Origin: a phage | Reading direction: 5' to 3' (one strand) | Assembly (NCBI GenBank): GCA_012455605.1 | Contig: GCA_012455605.1_3618.1 | DNA: 64,000 nt | In this document: positions 1 to 10,288 of the stretch, one piece after another | Layout: each line of letters opens with the position of its first letter | How positions within the stretch are numbered: position 1 is the stretch's first letter | Notes under the pieces: generated by a model | Database searches by the model: none | Seen by the model: the letters and a program-made list of their open reading frames with translations, nothing else | Told to the model about the DNA's origin: nothing | Position numbers and translations under genes: made by a program

Positions 1-957
1 ATGGCGTATTTAAAAGTTTTGATGGACGAGATTTTTGGTCGTGCAAATCAGTTAAATACCATATCGATGACCACAAATTCCCCTTCGGGATTTAAGGCAA
101 CAGGAGCCACAGTTTTCTCCACAGCAAACTTTTTGCTTGTATATGCAAAAGATCGCACCCAGAAGCCGCTTAACAAAATCTATATACCTAAAGGGTATGA
201 TACCGGATATAACAAATACCTATTAAACCCGGATGACCCTTATAAAAATTGGACGTGGTGCGGTATTGCCGATGCGTTTGCAAAGGCCAATGGCTATAAA
301 GATGCAAAAGAAGCCAAGAAAAAACTGCCTGACACATTCGATGATGAATTAGCACAATTTGCAATTGATAATGCAGAACGTGTATTTCAATCTGTTGCAA
401 TTGGTGGTGGTGCTAAAATAAAGAGAAAAGAAACTATAGAGAAGTCAAAGAAAGATAGGGATAAGGTTTATGTACATCCAAATGAGGATGTTGAAGGATT
501 TTATATCGCAAATGGTAGGCAAATGGTCTTTTACTCCAATAGGCTTTTGGAAATTGACGGTGAGATGCAACCTGCGGAACTAATAACTGATGTTTGGACA
601 GACATTAGTTGGAATGGAATAGCAAATGAAGGCGGCGTTAGTTTCAAAAATGGAAAAAAACCAGAAGCGCTTTTGAAGCGGATTTTCGAAATGTGTACGC
701 GAGAAGGCGATTTGGTATTGGATTCATTCGGTGGTTCGGGAACTACTGCTGCTGTAGCTCACAAGATGAAAAGACGTTGGATCTCCATCGAGATCGGTGA
801 TCATTGCCATACCCATATTATTCCGCGCTTGGAAAAAGTGATCGATGGGGAAGATCAAGGTGGTATTTCTAAGTCTGTAAACTGGCAAGGTGGTGGTGGC
901 TTCCGTTATTACAAACTTGCCCCGACCTTAATTGCGAAAGATAAGTCTGATCAATAA
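1..957 (+). CDS. DNA methyltransferase (N6-adenine/N4-cytosine, beta-class-like); may be 5'-truncated by the window edge
   Basis: C-terminal motif I LVLDSFGGSGTTAAVA typical of the N6_N4 MTase family; no DPPY motif seen in the 318 aa, so the gene may start upstream of the window. Confidence 0.7.
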   Translation: MAYLKVLMDEIFGRANQLNTISMTTNSPSGFKATGATVFSTANFLLVYAKDRTQKPLNKIYIPKGYDTGYNKYLLNPDDPYKNWTWCGIADAFAKANGYKDAKEAKKKLPDTFDDELAQFAIDNAERVFQSVAIGGGAKIKRKETIEKSKKDRDKVYVHPNEDVEGFYIANGRQMVFYSNRLLEIDGEMQPAELITDVWTDISWNGIANEGGVSFKNGKKPEALLKRIFEMCTREGDLVLDSFGGSGTTAAVAHKMKRRWISIEIGDHCHTHIIPRLEKVIDGEDQGGISKSVNWQGGGGFRYYKLAPTLIAKDKSDQ

Positions 958-1276
958 AGAGTACAATCAAATGATGAAACGTTATAAACCATACACTTTT
1001 GAAATCGATTTCGAACTTGACGATATGTTCACTGTAGAAGCTCAGGCAGTTGTCCAGTTGCCAGACCCGGAGTGCCGTGATTCTGATGTTGACTATTACG
1101 GATTTAGACAGATCACTGATGTGCATGTTTACCGCAACGGTGAAGAGGTGGACTTCCACCAACTGCCAAACGATATTCGCCACTCAATTTACAAACGTGC
1201 AGCTCGTGAACTAGAGTCCTATCTGGATGCAGCGACGACAGCAGCTGCATTTGCTGAAGAAGTGGGAGGTTTCTGA
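932..1276 (+). CDS. hypothetical protein
   Basis: 114 aa ORF packed between neighbours; no recognisable motif. Confidence 0.4.
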   Translation: MRKISLINKEYNQMMKRYKPYTFEIDFELDDMFTVEAQAVVQLPDPECRDSDVDYYGFRQITDVHVYRNGEEVDFHQLPNDIRHSIYKRAARELESYLDAATTAAAFAEEVGGF

Positions 1277-1674
1277 TGATTACAGGTGTGAAGATTATTC
1301 AATACCACTTAACCAAATTGGAAGATGCTGAAAAAGAGCTTGCAGAAGTTCTGAATAGTGGATATACTTTGCTATCATGCGCCTGCTCAGACACCTACGC
1401 TGTGTGGACACTTATCCGGAAGGAAGAGCCTGCGGGAATCTTGGTGCCAAACCCTAAGATCATTAGCGAGGTGGATGACTACGCTCAGGATGGCCTGCCA
1501 GAGGGCTGGGAAGTATGGGAGGGTGGTGAAAACCCTGCACCAGGTAAGTGGGTAAAATATAAACTACGTAGTGGTGCACAGTACGCTGACTACTCTGATG
1601 ACCTAGACTGGAGTCATTCTTCACCAGGATCGTCTGCAAGTTCATATGATATCGTTGCTTTTCAGGAAGAATAA
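1276..1674 (+). CDS. hypothetical protein
   Basis: 132 aa ORF; start overlaps the previous stop; no recognisable motif. Confidence 0.45.
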   Translation: MITGVKIIQYHLTKLEDAEKELAEVLNSGYTLLSCACSDTYAVWTLIRKEEPAGILVPNPKIISEVDDYAQDGLPEGWEVWEGGENPAPGKWVKYKLRSGAQYADYSDDLDWSHSSPGSSASSYDIVAFQEE

Positions 1675-1686
1675 GGAGATAGTGTT

Positions 1687-2169
1687 ATGTCAGATTTTAT
1701 GTGGAAAGTAGGTTACGCAGCTCCTGAAATGTGTGAGGCTTGCTTTGTGAAAATAGGCCGCGAGGATATCGACAAAGTGATCCTTAAGTTTCGTGATGTA
1801 GCTGTGATCGGCAACCGAGTGCTTAAGCACTTAAAGAATCTGAAGCTCACCAAAAAGAAGTTCTTCGGACTTTTCGAAGAGAAAGTTGATGCTTGGACCC
1901 ATTGCATTCAGGAAGCTAAATCTCACTACAGTGCTATCGTTACCCCAGAACGGGTAGCCAAGATGGAAGGACTCATCAACAGCACAGAGTTTGAGTGCCT
2001 AAAGGCTGCCCTTGATAGTTATCCGAAATGCCTCAAGCACTTGGACAAGTATGTAGAAAAGGATGGGGAAATGTATCTCACCCTGGATGCATACTATGAG
2101 ATGCAAGAAATTTTAAATTTAGATTTGACATTGGTATCCACTGAGTATACAATAGGTATCCGGGTTTAA
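1687..2169 (+). CDS. hypothetical protein
   Basis: 160 aa ORF with GGAG upstream; followed by an intrinsic terminator. Confidence 0.5.
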   Translation: MSDFMWKVGYAAPEMCEACFVKIGREDIDKVILKFRDVAVIGNRVLKHLKNLKLTKKKFFGLFEEKVDAWTHCIQEAKSHYSAIVTPERVAKMEGLINSTEFECLKAALDSYPKCLKHLDKYVEKDGEMYLTLDAYYEMQEILNLDLTLVSTEYTIGIRV

Positions 2170-2175
2170 CACTAG

Positions 2176-2202
2176 GCCCTGCCCGAAAGGGTGGGGCTTT
2201 TG
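2176..2202 (+). terminator. rho-independent terminator (GCCCTGCCC-GAAA-GGGTGGGGC stem-loop then T-tract)
   Basis: 9 bp stem with two G-U wobbles, GAAA tetraloop, TTTTG; near-identical copy at 13196. Confidence 0.65.
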
Positions 2203-2219
2203 CATTAGGAGACAGCAAA

Positions 2220-2984
2220 TTGAAATTTATCTATAAAGAACACTACCACAAAGGTGTTGTGTGGAGTCTATTTGACGGATCTGGCGGTGCAGTCATTGAC
2301 TGGGCAAAAGCTGGATATCTGTGCCTGTGCTTTAACGCAGAAGGTGCTGACCACGGCAGTTATGCAGAGGTGATCACCGATCATCCAAATATTCACTATG
2401 TAGATTATTGGATTGATCCATGGTTCCCTCAGGAAACTTTCTGCATGTACCCAGCTCCGGACTTTGTTCTTGCATTTCCTCCGTGCACCCACTTAGCGGT
2501 GTCAGGTGCTGCACACTTTAAGAAGAAGCTGGCTAAGGACCCGCTGATCCAGATTAATGCTGTAAAGGATGCTCGGGTTGCAGAAGAGTTGGGAGAGATT
2601 TACGATTGCCCGTGGCATGTAGAGAATCCTGTGGGTGTTATGTCCACACTGTGGCGCAAACCTGATTACCGTTTTCACCCTTCTGACTATGGCGGGTATT
2701 TACCGGAGGATGATGTAAACCCCTGGTTTCCTGAATTTATAGCTCCACGTGATGCCTATCCAAAAATAACTTGCGGCTGGATAGGTAATGGATTTATAAT
2801 CCCGGCCACAAAACCTGTCCCGCAAATAGTTGACGCGGTTAGCGGGTATTCCATGCAACACGCCAAGCTGGGTGGAAAGAGTGCAAGAACAAAGATGATT
2901 CGAAGCCTCACACCACGTGGCTGGGCAAAAGCCGTATTCTTAGCAAACGAGCCTGTAGTAAGGAGCAGAATTAATGGGAAGTAA
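2220..2984 (+). CDS. C5-cytosine methyltransferase-like protein (atypical)
   Basis: Motif I-like SLFDGSGG, motif IV-like FPPCTHLAVSGA (PC-T rather than PC-Q), ENV-like HVENPVG, in the order and spacing of C5-MTases; only 254 aa. Confidence 0.5.
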   Translation: MKFIYKEHYHKGVVWSLFDGSGGAVIDWAKAGYLCLCFNAEGADHGSYAEVITDHPNIHYVDYWIDPWFPQETFCMYPAPDFVLAFPPCTHLAVSGAAHFKKKLAKDPLIQINAVKDARVAEELGEIYDCPWHVENPVGVMSTLWRKPDYRFHPSDYGGYLPEDDVNPWFPEFIAPRDAYPKITCGWIGNGFIIPATKPVPQIVDAVSGYSMQHAKLGGKSARTKMIRSLTPRGWAKAVFLANEPVVRSRINGK

Positions 2985-5052
2985 ATTTATGGCATCTGCA
3001 TACAACCGTTTCGGTGAGCCAAACCCGAAAGCAACTAAGTATAAAAGTGGGGGAAGTGTGAAACGAGACTATCGTGATGAAAAAGAAGTTGAAACTGTAG
3101 AGACTGTTTTAGAAAATACTAAAATTGTCCCTGTCCCACAACAAAATATCGGTCTGATGGCTGCACAATATTTTGGTGTGCGATCAGCATTGTCCCAAGA
3201 AGACGGTGTGACAGTTACTGCAACATATTTCCCATATTACGACCGCTACGGAAATCTGTCAGGTTTCAAAAAGCGTGACTGGACGATTCCTAAAGAGCAA
3301 AGGGGCCATTTCTCCGTTGTTGGCATAGTAAAGGCTAACTCCCAGATGTTTGGGCAAAAGCTGTGTGCATCTTCTAACAACCGTAAGCAGATTAACGTTT
3401 GTGAGGGGGAAGGCGATGTTATTGCAGCATGGCAGGCTGCATATCAGATACAAGTAAAAGGGATTCTCACCAACGCTAAAGCCCCGGCAAAGGTGAAACA
3501 GTGGGCTAAAGAGGTCCAGGACGGGATCGATGCAGTTATCAACGGGGGTGACCTGGCAGGAAAACCCTGCCTGCCTTTTGTTGGAATTAACTGTGGATGT
3601 GCAAACGCAGTAGATACTTTTGCAAACAATGAGAAATTTATCCGTAGCTACGGAACAGTGGTCCTTGCAATGGACAACGATGCGGCTAACGAGGTAGAGA
3701 AGCAAAAACACGTTATCAAAGGTGTTGAAGCCACACATAATATTGCAGCATTTTTGATGGCTGACAACGTTTACCACGTGGAATATCCTGGCGAGGTAAA
3801 CGACCCTGATGGTGTAAAAGATATCCGTGACATGCTGAAGGCTAAAAAGCTGGAAGATATTGTAAACATGTTCCGGCATCCTGTTAAGTATGTGCCTGAT
3901 GCTGTGTCGGATTTAGAAGACTTCTCTATCGAATCTTTGCGGAAAAAGACTTCCAACGGGGTAGATATCAGCGCAGAGTTTCCAAAACTGCAAAAAATGC
4001 TAAAAGGCTTGCACAAAGGGACACTCGTAATGCTTACAGGTCCATCAGGAGGTGGTAAAACAACTGTAGCCAAAAAACTGGAACACTGTATTGCAAGATA
4101 CCTAATGGACCCGACATGTCCAAAGGCCGATGACTACGAAGAGGATGATCGTCTATGCATGATTCATCTTGAGGAGGACCCAGAGGAAGCAATTAACTCC
4201 TTGTATGCAAACCAGTTAGGGTTTGATGTTAAAGAGTTTGTTGAAGATCCTAGCCAGTTTCTAACTGATCAAGAACACGCAGAGATTCACCAATCATGGG
4301 CAAAAGCTGGAAAAATCAAAGTGTTCAAACATTTCGGATCTATTCCGGTGGACGAGTTGATTACCAAGCTTAAGCAAATGGTTTGCCTGTACCATTGCCG
4401 TTATATTGTGCTGGATCACCTGTCTATGGTAATTTCAGGGCTTAATGTTAAGGATGAGCGAAAAGAACTGGACATGGCTATGACCCAACTGGCTGCGTTT
4501 TGTAAGCAGTTTAACGTGTTTATCCTAGTGATCGCTCACCTCAAACGTACAGAGATTGTGCCTCCTAAGGACAAGGATGGTAACCCGTTACCTTTCTGGT
4601 ATCCTGTGCGAAAAGAGAATTTGCGAGGATCGGCTGGGCTTGAACAGTTGAGTTGGGTAGTCATAGGTGTTGAGGCTGAAGAAATGGTAGATCGTTCTCG
4701 TGGGCGTGTCCGTTTAGTAGGTCTTAAAAACCGTCCAGCAAAAACATTGGGTATTGCGGATACTTTGGTTATGGACCCGCATACAGGTAAGTTCCATGAT
4801 GCCAGTAATTGGTACTGGGACAAAGAAATGCAGATGTTTACAGACGGAGAAGGTGGGGAGGTTGTTTGGAGACCTCAGGCCATGTTTGAGGACCAAGAGC
4901 ATGCAGTTGTAGAAACACCTATGGGCAAGGTTGTAGCGGATAAGGTTGTAACTCCTACTATTAAGCCTGTTGACACGCAGGAAGACCTCCAGTACGATGA
5001 TCCATCCTCTGATCCGGTCCCCGGTTTTGAAGATGATGAAACACCTTTTTAA
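2974..5052 (+). CDS. DNA primase-helicase (TOPRIM primase fused to DnaB-like helicase)
   Basis: TOPRIM CEGEGD and LAMDNDAANE; Walker A GPSGGGKTT; Walker B IVLDHLS; acidic C-terminus ending EDDETPF. Confidence 0.85.
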   Translation: MGSKFMASAYNRFGEPNPKATKYKSGGSVKRDYRDEKEVETVETVLENTKIVPVPQQNIGLMAAQYFGVRSALSQEDGVTVTATYFPYYDRYGNLSGFKKRDWTIPKEQRGHFSVVGIVKANSQMFGQKLCASSNNRKQINVCEGEGDVIAAWQAAYQIQVKGILTNAKAPAKVKQWAKEVQDGIDAVINGGDLAGKPCLPFVGINCGCANAVDTFANNEKFIRSYGTVVLAMDNDAANEVEKQKHVIKGVEATHNIAAFLMADNVYHVEYPGEVNDPDGVKDIRDMLKAKKLEDIVNMFRHPVKYVPDAVSDLEDFSIESLRKKTSNGVDISAEFPKLQKMLKGLHKGTLVMLTGPSGGGKTTVAKKLEHCIARYLMDPTCPKADDYEEDDRLCMIHLEEDPEEAINSLYANQLGFDVKEFVEDPSQFLTDQEHAEIHQSWAKAGKIKVFKHFGSIPVDELITKLKQMVCLYHCRYIVLDHLSMVISGLNVKDERKELDMAMTQLAAFCKQFNVFILVIAHLKRTEIVPPKDKDGNPLPFWYPVRKENLRGSAGLEQLSWVVIGVEAEEMVDRSRGRVRLVGLKNRPAKTLGIADTLVMDPHTGKFHDASNWYWDKEMQMFTDGEGGEVVWRPQAMFEDQEHAVVETPMGKVVADKVVTPTIKPVDTQEDLQYDDPSSDPVPGFEDDETPF

Positions 5053-5110
5053 TGTTTAACAAAGAGTGGGAGGGGTAGTACAACCGCCTCCCCTTTAAGG
5101 AGAACTGTAT

Positions 5111-7540
5111 ATGAGCATGTGGTCGTTCGATTTTGAGTCATCCGGTTTGCTGGAAGACCCAGATCTTTATTATCACTGCGGTCTGTTTAAAGAGTTGAAT
5201 AAGAACCGTTTTATGCTGTTCCTTCCTCTAAATGACCGCACACACTACTCCGAGGAGGATATAGAAAAGGCTAAGAACTTCATTCTGGCAAAGAAAACTC
5301 TTTATAAAGATTTTGAAGTTCGCATAGCAGATTTTTCGGAGTTGGAAGGTTGGCTTACAGGAAATTCTGACTGGTCACCAACAGCTTTGAACTGCCATAA
5401 CTGCTACAGTTATGACTTTATGCTGATGGAAAGATTATCCGGTATTCATTTTGATATGTTCCGTGATCCTAAATGTATGGGGACTATCAACGACCACCAG
5501 GTTAACCTGTTCGATACGTTGGCAATGAGCCGAATCTTGTGGCCTGATCGCCCTTTACCGAAAGGTTGTCCGGACTCTGTATTCAACCCGGTTACTAAAA
5601 AAATGCAGCCTGTTGGTCCTCACGGCCTTATGGCATGGGGCTACGCTCTTGGTAACCAGAAAGTTCAAATTGATGACTGGCGCGATCTTCCGTTGTGGAA
5701 GTATGTGGATCGTGTATTCGAGGACGTTATCATCCAGGAGCTGCTCTGGAAAGAGCTGGTAGCGGAATCAAAAGGTGTATTCTACGGCAAATCTGACATG
5801 CAGAACTTTATGTACGATCCTGCCAAAGAGAAGCCGAAAGGATTCAAGAAGATCACCTGGAAGAACGCATTACGTCGAGGCATGCTGCAGCACTTCCTGA
5901 TGGAGCTGCAGGCCCGTCAGGGCGTATACTTCGACATAGATGGAGCTATTGCTTTACGTGACCGTTGCGATGCGTGGATGAAAGAAATCGCTGATCGTGT
6001 TGAACCACAACTGCCTTTAAAAGAACTGTCAATGTCTCAGCGGCCCAAGTTCCCTGAAAAGCCGTTTAACCAAGACGGGACAATCTCTAATAATGGTTGG
6101 AAATGGTTAAAAGATAAGCTTGGCTATCCTGTAGACATGAGCGCTTTAGAGTTCAAAGCCCCGCCTAAGAGAGCATTTACCTCTACAGGAGATGTCAGCA
6201 AGATGGGGATAAAATGGTGTGAAGAGATGGGATGCAAAGACCCCGATAAGATGGCTGATTTCTTGAGAGGCTATATTAAGGGCACTTCCACACCACACCC
6301 TTTGCCTAAAGAGTTGATGGATCAGGCAATAAGTGATCTACAGCAGAAGCGAATGCCGGACTGCAAGATACCTATGAAAATCAGCAACCAGGACGACATT
6401 AAGCGATACCTGATCAGTGCTGGCTGGCTTCCGACAATGTGGAGAACTAAGGATGTAACTAAAGACAGCAAGAAGAAAGCTTTACCTGATGCAGATGTTG
6501 ATGCACGAGTATATGCATATATGGACGAGCTTTTGGAGTCAGAGTATTGTGACCTAATTATCAACTTCTGGAACAAAACTGATGCTAAGTTCCAGACAAC
6601 CGTGCACAAGTTCCGAAGCTTTCCTAACTCCGAAAGGATTAAAAAGGAAGTATTCGGGAAAATACGTAGAAAAGCCAGGGCACTTATTACTTCTCCGCAA
6701 CTGAAAGATACGTTTGGACACCTATGCCCAAATCTTGAAAAATTGAACGGAGAGATGGCTAAAGATATCGTCTTGTGGTTATCATTGCGAAACCGCAGAT
6801 CGGTCCTTGATCCAATCAAGGAGGATAAGGTTGATACTGGTCTTCTTAATCACCCACGTTTGAAGATTGACCATAAGCTTCCTGCTAAAAGCTCTGGATT
6901 AACAAACACTTCCAGACAGAAACACAGTATTTGTGCAAACATGCCTAAACCATCTCCTAAAGTAGTTATGGGTAAAGAGATGCGTAGTCTGTGGGGTGTT
7001 CCTCCAGGATACTTTGAGATCGGTATTGACGGGTCCAACTTAGAGCAGCTTATCGGGGCTTGGGGTGCCTTTGAGTTCGACAACGGCCTGTATTACGATG
7101 TTGTAAGTAACGGAGACGCACACCAAAACAATGCTGAGGCATATACAAAAGTAGCAGGCAGAGAGGTGTCTCGTAACGACGGTAAACCTATCACGTATGG
7201 GGTTATGTATGGGGCACAAAAAGATAAAGTTGCAGATATGCTGGACATCTCTCCAGAGTTGGGACAAAGGGTAATCGATGCACTCTGGGATGCCAACCCT
7301 GGTCTTAAGGGGCGTAAAGAAGATCTGGAGAAATTCTGGGAAGCAACGGGTAAGAAGTTTATCTACTCTTTTGATGGTCATGCTATCTGGACCCGATCTA
7401 AACACTCTTTACTTAATGCATACCAACAAAATGGCGGCGCATCGTTGTGTGACTTAGTTGGGATACTCATGCACCATCAAATGGTGAAGCGTGGGTGGTA
7501 CGATGAAGGTGTTCGTCGTATTATTTATTACCATAAATAA
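5111..7540 (+). CDS. DNA polymerase, family A, with 3'-5' exonuclease domain
   Basis: Exo I FDFESSG, Exo II YSYDF; motif A-like IDGSNLEQL; motif B-like RNDGKPITYGVMYGAQ (T7 Pol-like). Confidence 0.8.
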   Translation: MSMWSFDFESSGLLEDPDLYYHCGLFKELNKNRFMLFLPLNDRTHYSEEDIEKAKNFILAKKTLYKDFEVRIADFSELEGWLTGNSDWSPTALNCHNCYSYDFMLMERLSGIHFDMFRDPKCMGTINDHQVNLFDTLAMSRILWPDRPLPKGCPDSVFNPVTKKMQPVGPHGLMAWGYALGNQKVQIDDWRDLPLWKYVDRVFEDVIIQELLWKELVAESKGVFYGKSDMQNFMYDPAKEKPKGFKKITWKNALRRGMLQHFLMELQARQGVYFDIDGAIALRDRCDAWMKEIADRVEPQLPLKELSMSQRPKFPEKPFNQDGTISNNGWKWLKDKLGYPVDMSALEFKAPPKRAFTSTGDVSKMGIKWCEEMGCKDPDKMADFLRGYIKGTSTPHPLPKELMDQAISDLQQKRMPDCKIPMKISNQDDIKRYLISAGWLPTMWRTKDVTKDSKKKALPDADVDARVYAYMDELLESEYCDLIINFWNKTDAKFQTTVHKFRSFPNSERIKKEVFGKIRRKARALITSPQLKDTFGHLCPNLEKLNGEMAKDIVLWLSLRNRRSVLDPIKEDKVDTGLLNHPRLKIDHKLPAKSSGLTNTSRQKHSICANMPKPSPKVVMGKEMRSLWGVPPGYFEIGIDGSNLEQLIGAWGAFEFDNGLYYDVVSNGDAHQNNAEAYTKVAGREVSRNDGKPITYGVMYGAQKDKVADMLDISPELGQRVIDALWDANPGLKGRKEDLEKFWEATGKKFIYSFDGHAIWTRSKHSLLNAYQQNGGASLCDLVGILMHHQMVKRGWYDEGVRRIIYYHK

Positions 7541-7674
7541 CATTGTGGCTTCGTGCAGTGATGCACGTCGAAAACCTCTTTAATTGACGGGAAGGCTAAG
7601 TTGACTTTTACACCTAAACATGGTAAAAGCTCAATATGCTAATCCGCAGCGAAGACTAAAGGGGTGTAGTTAAA

Positions 7675-8181
7675 ATGGCTAGATCAGTTGATTATCACGG
7701 ATATACCGTGTTTGATGATGGAACAATACCTTTATCGAAACGTGATCATACAACAATGTTTTGTTTTGATAATGGTCGAGGTTACCTTTGCGTAACCATG
7801 TTCATCGAAGGGAAGCAGTGCACAAAAGGTGTCCACCACTTGGTTGCCGAATGCTTTGTATCAAACCCTGATCCTGAAAGGCTCACATGGGTGAACCATA
7901 AGGACGGAAACAAATACAACAATGCATACTGGAACCTTGAATGGACCACCCCTGGTGGAAATATCAAACACGCTTATGATAATGACCTCAGAGTAAGGCC
8001 AGTCGGTGAGTATAATGCCAACGCTGTGCTGACCGAGGATGAGGTAACGGAGATTTGCGAGCTGTTACAGAGTGGTCTACGACAATGCGAGATTAGGGAT
8101 CTTGGGTACCCTTATGAGACGGTCAGAGCCATAAAGCAAAGAAGACAGTGGAAACATATCTCTAAAAACTACACCTGGTAG
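7675..8181 (+). CDS. HNH homing endonuclease (HNH_3/NUMOD-like)
   Basis: VNHKDGNKYNNAYWNLEW HNH motif; N-terminal YHGYTVFDDG; sits directly after the polymerase gene. Confidence 0.75.
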   Translation: MARSVDYHGYTVFDDGTIPLSKRDHTTMFCFDNGRGYLCVTMFIEGKQCTKGVHHLVAECFVSNPDPERLTWVNHKDGNKYNNAYWNLEWTTPGGNIKHAYDNDLRVRPVGEYNANAVLTEDEVTEICELLQSGLRQCEIRDLGYPYETVRAIKQRRQWKHISKNYTW

Positions 8182-8373
8182 TAACGTTCAGAGACTATCG
8201 AAAGCATAGCGCCAACATAAATTGGTGCGAAGAAGCGAGTAGAGTAGGCCAGCAAGTGCGGTCGAAATGGGAGGTGCCTTGGTAACAAGGTAGTGAGATA
8301 GTCCGATCCATACAGGAAACTGTATGGCTGTGCACGTAATGGTGCGGGGTAGCTTAACGACCTACCTGAACTA

Positions 8374-8730
8374 TTGGATGAGTACCAACTTCAGGTCCCT
8401 GACACACCTAAGTATAAGACTGTGTACACCTTCGACACAATCGAAGAACTGGAAGCATTTAAGGCAGAGCAGGAGGCCAAACTTCATGTGTTCGACGGTC
8501 ATAAGTACAAAAAGGCACGCAAGGATGAGGACGGAAACGAAGTGGTTGACAGAGACGGAAACACGGTGTACGATCCTATCCTGAACGATGACGGAAAGCT
8601 TGAACTTATCTGGAGCCCTGTGGGTGAAATGGTGGTGCATTGCTTCTGGCAAGCTTCTAAAATGATGGGCGTCCCGTTCCAGATCACAGGTGAATACCTG
8701 TGTGGTCGTAATTGGGGTGATTGTCACTAA
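8374..8730 (+). CDS. hypothetical protein
   Basis: 118 aa ORF; no recognisable motif. Confidence 0.4.
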   Translation: MDEYQLQVPDTPKYKTVYTFDTIEELEAFKAEQEAKLHVFDGHKYKKARKDEDGNEVVDRDGNTVYDPILNDDGKLELIWSPVGEMVVHCFWQASKMMGVPFQITGEYLCGRNWGDCH

Positions 8731-8779
8731 TGTAAACTATCAACACATGGAAGTGTTGTTGAGCAAAGAGGAGACTTTT

Positions 8780-9097
8780 ATGGTAGTAGAACCAACAAAA
8801 ACATTTACATCCATGACTATCCCTGTTATTATGCAGGTGGAGTGTGTTCAGGTATCTCAAGTGTGGCCAGGCACTAAAATCCCAACAGGGCCTGATTTCT
8901 TTCAGGTTGGGAAAGTGTACAATGTCTGGAAGGCACCAGATTGTCACCCTTTCATTAAAGAGAAGGCACCAAATTGCTACCCTTTCATCAAAGATGACCG
9001 TGGAATGCTGTGGTATCTTGGAAATGATTTGACACTGCACCTTGGGAATGCTATTATTGCAGTATTCAGACTTAACAAGAAGGAGACCGATCAATGA
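8780..9097 (+). CDS. hypothetical protein
   Basis: Start moved to the ATG at 8780 preceded by AGGAG; the track ORF from 8690 overlaps the upstream gene. Confidence 0.4.
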   Translation: MVVEPTKTFTSMTIPVIMQVECVQVSQVWPGTKIPTGPDFFQVGKVYNVWKAPDCHPFIKEKAPNCYPFIKDDRGMLWYLGNDLTLHLGNAIIAVFRLNKKETDQ

Positions 9098-9321
9098 CGA
9101 CTTTGGTTAAAGCTACCTTTGTAGAAGAAAAGATGACAGACCTGTCCTTCTTTAAAGAAGGAAAGACCTACGAGGTTTATTACGATAAAGCTCGTGCAAA
9201 CAAAATGATTAAAGACGAGGAAGGGGTTGCCTGGTATATCTCTCACCTGGCAAACGGTGAGTATCATATCTACGGAACCACTTTGCTTGCCAAGTTTGTA
9301 GTTGTTGAAGAGGACCTATGA
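9094..9321 (+). CDS. small acidic protein ending VVVEEDL
   Basis: 75 aa; C-terminal VEE-type tail as in the minus-strand small-protein family. Confidence 0.45.
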   Translation: MTTLVKATFVEEKMTDLSFFKEGKTYEVYYDKARANKMIKDEEGVAWYISHLANGEYHIYGTTLLAKFVVVEEDL

Positions 9322-9512
9322 AAGTAAAGTATCTTGCTGAAGGTATGAATAGGTATTTTACCCTTGGTGAAGAATATTGGCCCTTTACAAACAACGGCGA
9401 TGTCTACGTGAAAGATAATTTCGGCACGCCGTGGTTTCTGCACTCTAATGGGCTGGGATACTCCATTTACTGCGGTGCAGTGAACAACACAACTCTTGCA
9501 GAGTTCGTTTAG
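9318..9512 (+). CDS. hypothetical protein
   Basis: 64 aa ORF; start overlaps the previous stop. Confidence 0.35.
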   Translation: MKVKYLAEGMNRYFTLGEEYWPFTNNGDVYVKDNFGTPWFLHSNGLGYSIYCGAVNNTTLAEFV

Positions 9513-9522
9513 AGGAGGTAGG

Positions 9523-9894
9523 ATGTTAGTAAAAGGTACCCACACAGTCAAACAACGTATTGAAGTTGAGATTGATGATTGTGAGCTGAAGCATATTTTA
9601 CGGTCATGCTCCAACGTTTTGCTCCTTAGTATTCTTCAGGAGCGAGCGGAGAACGAGTTCTTAAATGCATTGGCAGGCCGTCCCGGTGACTTCTGTGTGC
9701 GTAAGCGTGGTGACAACAAGTCGTGGTTGTGGGAGATCGATGCCGACTGGGATTACCACAAAAATGAGGGTATAGATGAGCCTATTCGTGAACTGACGGA
9801 CAAAGAGATTCAGATGTACAATGAAGTTTGTCATTGGGCAACACGCCAACAAATTTACCTAGACCCTGTGTGGCTGATTGAAAATAGTCGTTGA
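9523..9894 (+). CDS. hypothetical protein
   Basis: Start moved to the ATG at 9523 with AGGAGG 6 nt upstream. Confidence 0.45.
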   Translation: MLVKGTHTVKQRIEVEIDDCELKHILRSCSNVLLLSILQERAENEFLNALAGRPGDFCVRKRGDNKSWLWEIDADWDYHKNEGIDEPIRELTDKEIQMYNEVCHWATRQQIYLDPVWLIENSR

Positions 9895-9919
9895 CAAGAA
9901 GTAAGGCTAGATGTAAGAT
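9891..9919 (+). promoter_or_regulatory. sigma70-like promoter (TTGACA-N17-TAAGAT)
   Basis: Consensus -35, 17 bp spacer, upstream of the gene at 9971. Confidence 0.45.
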
Positions 9920-9970
9920 ACTCCCCACAAACAGAGTATTGATTGTTAAATAATTAAGGAGACCTCTAAG

Positions 9971-10225
9971 ATGAAAATCATGTTGAAACCAGAATGCGTT
10001 GCAAACGACCGAGCTTTTAAAGATTGCACACTTGGCGCTACTTATGAAGCAGAGTTTTGTGAGAACCCTTTGGTAAAAGCCCTTCTGGAAGAAGGGGCCC
10101 CTTTATCACAAGAAGAGATTGATGAGCTGGAAAACTCAGCACAGTGCCTTACCTTTAAAGATGATGAAGGAGACTCTGTCTGGTGCACTGTTAATGAAGT
10201 AGTTTTTGTAAAACCTGAACATTAA
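9971..10225 (+). CDS. hypothetical protein
   Basis: 84 aa, AGGAGA ribosome-binding site. Confidence 0.45.
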   Translation: MKIMLKPECVANDRAFKDCTLGATYEAEFCENPLVKALLEEGAPLSQEEIDELENSAQCLTFKDDEGDSVWCTVNEVVFVKPEH

Positions 10226-10228
10226 TAC

Positions 10229-10257
10229 TTGACAACAGTGATAGGGCCTAATATAAT
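10229..10257 (+). promoter_or_regulatory. sigma70-like promoter (TTGACA-N17-TATAAT)
   Basis: Perfect -35 and -10 hexamers with 17 bp spacer. Confidence 0.6.
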
Positions 10258-10288
10258 GGCCCTATCAAAACGAAAGGGGACCACAGCA

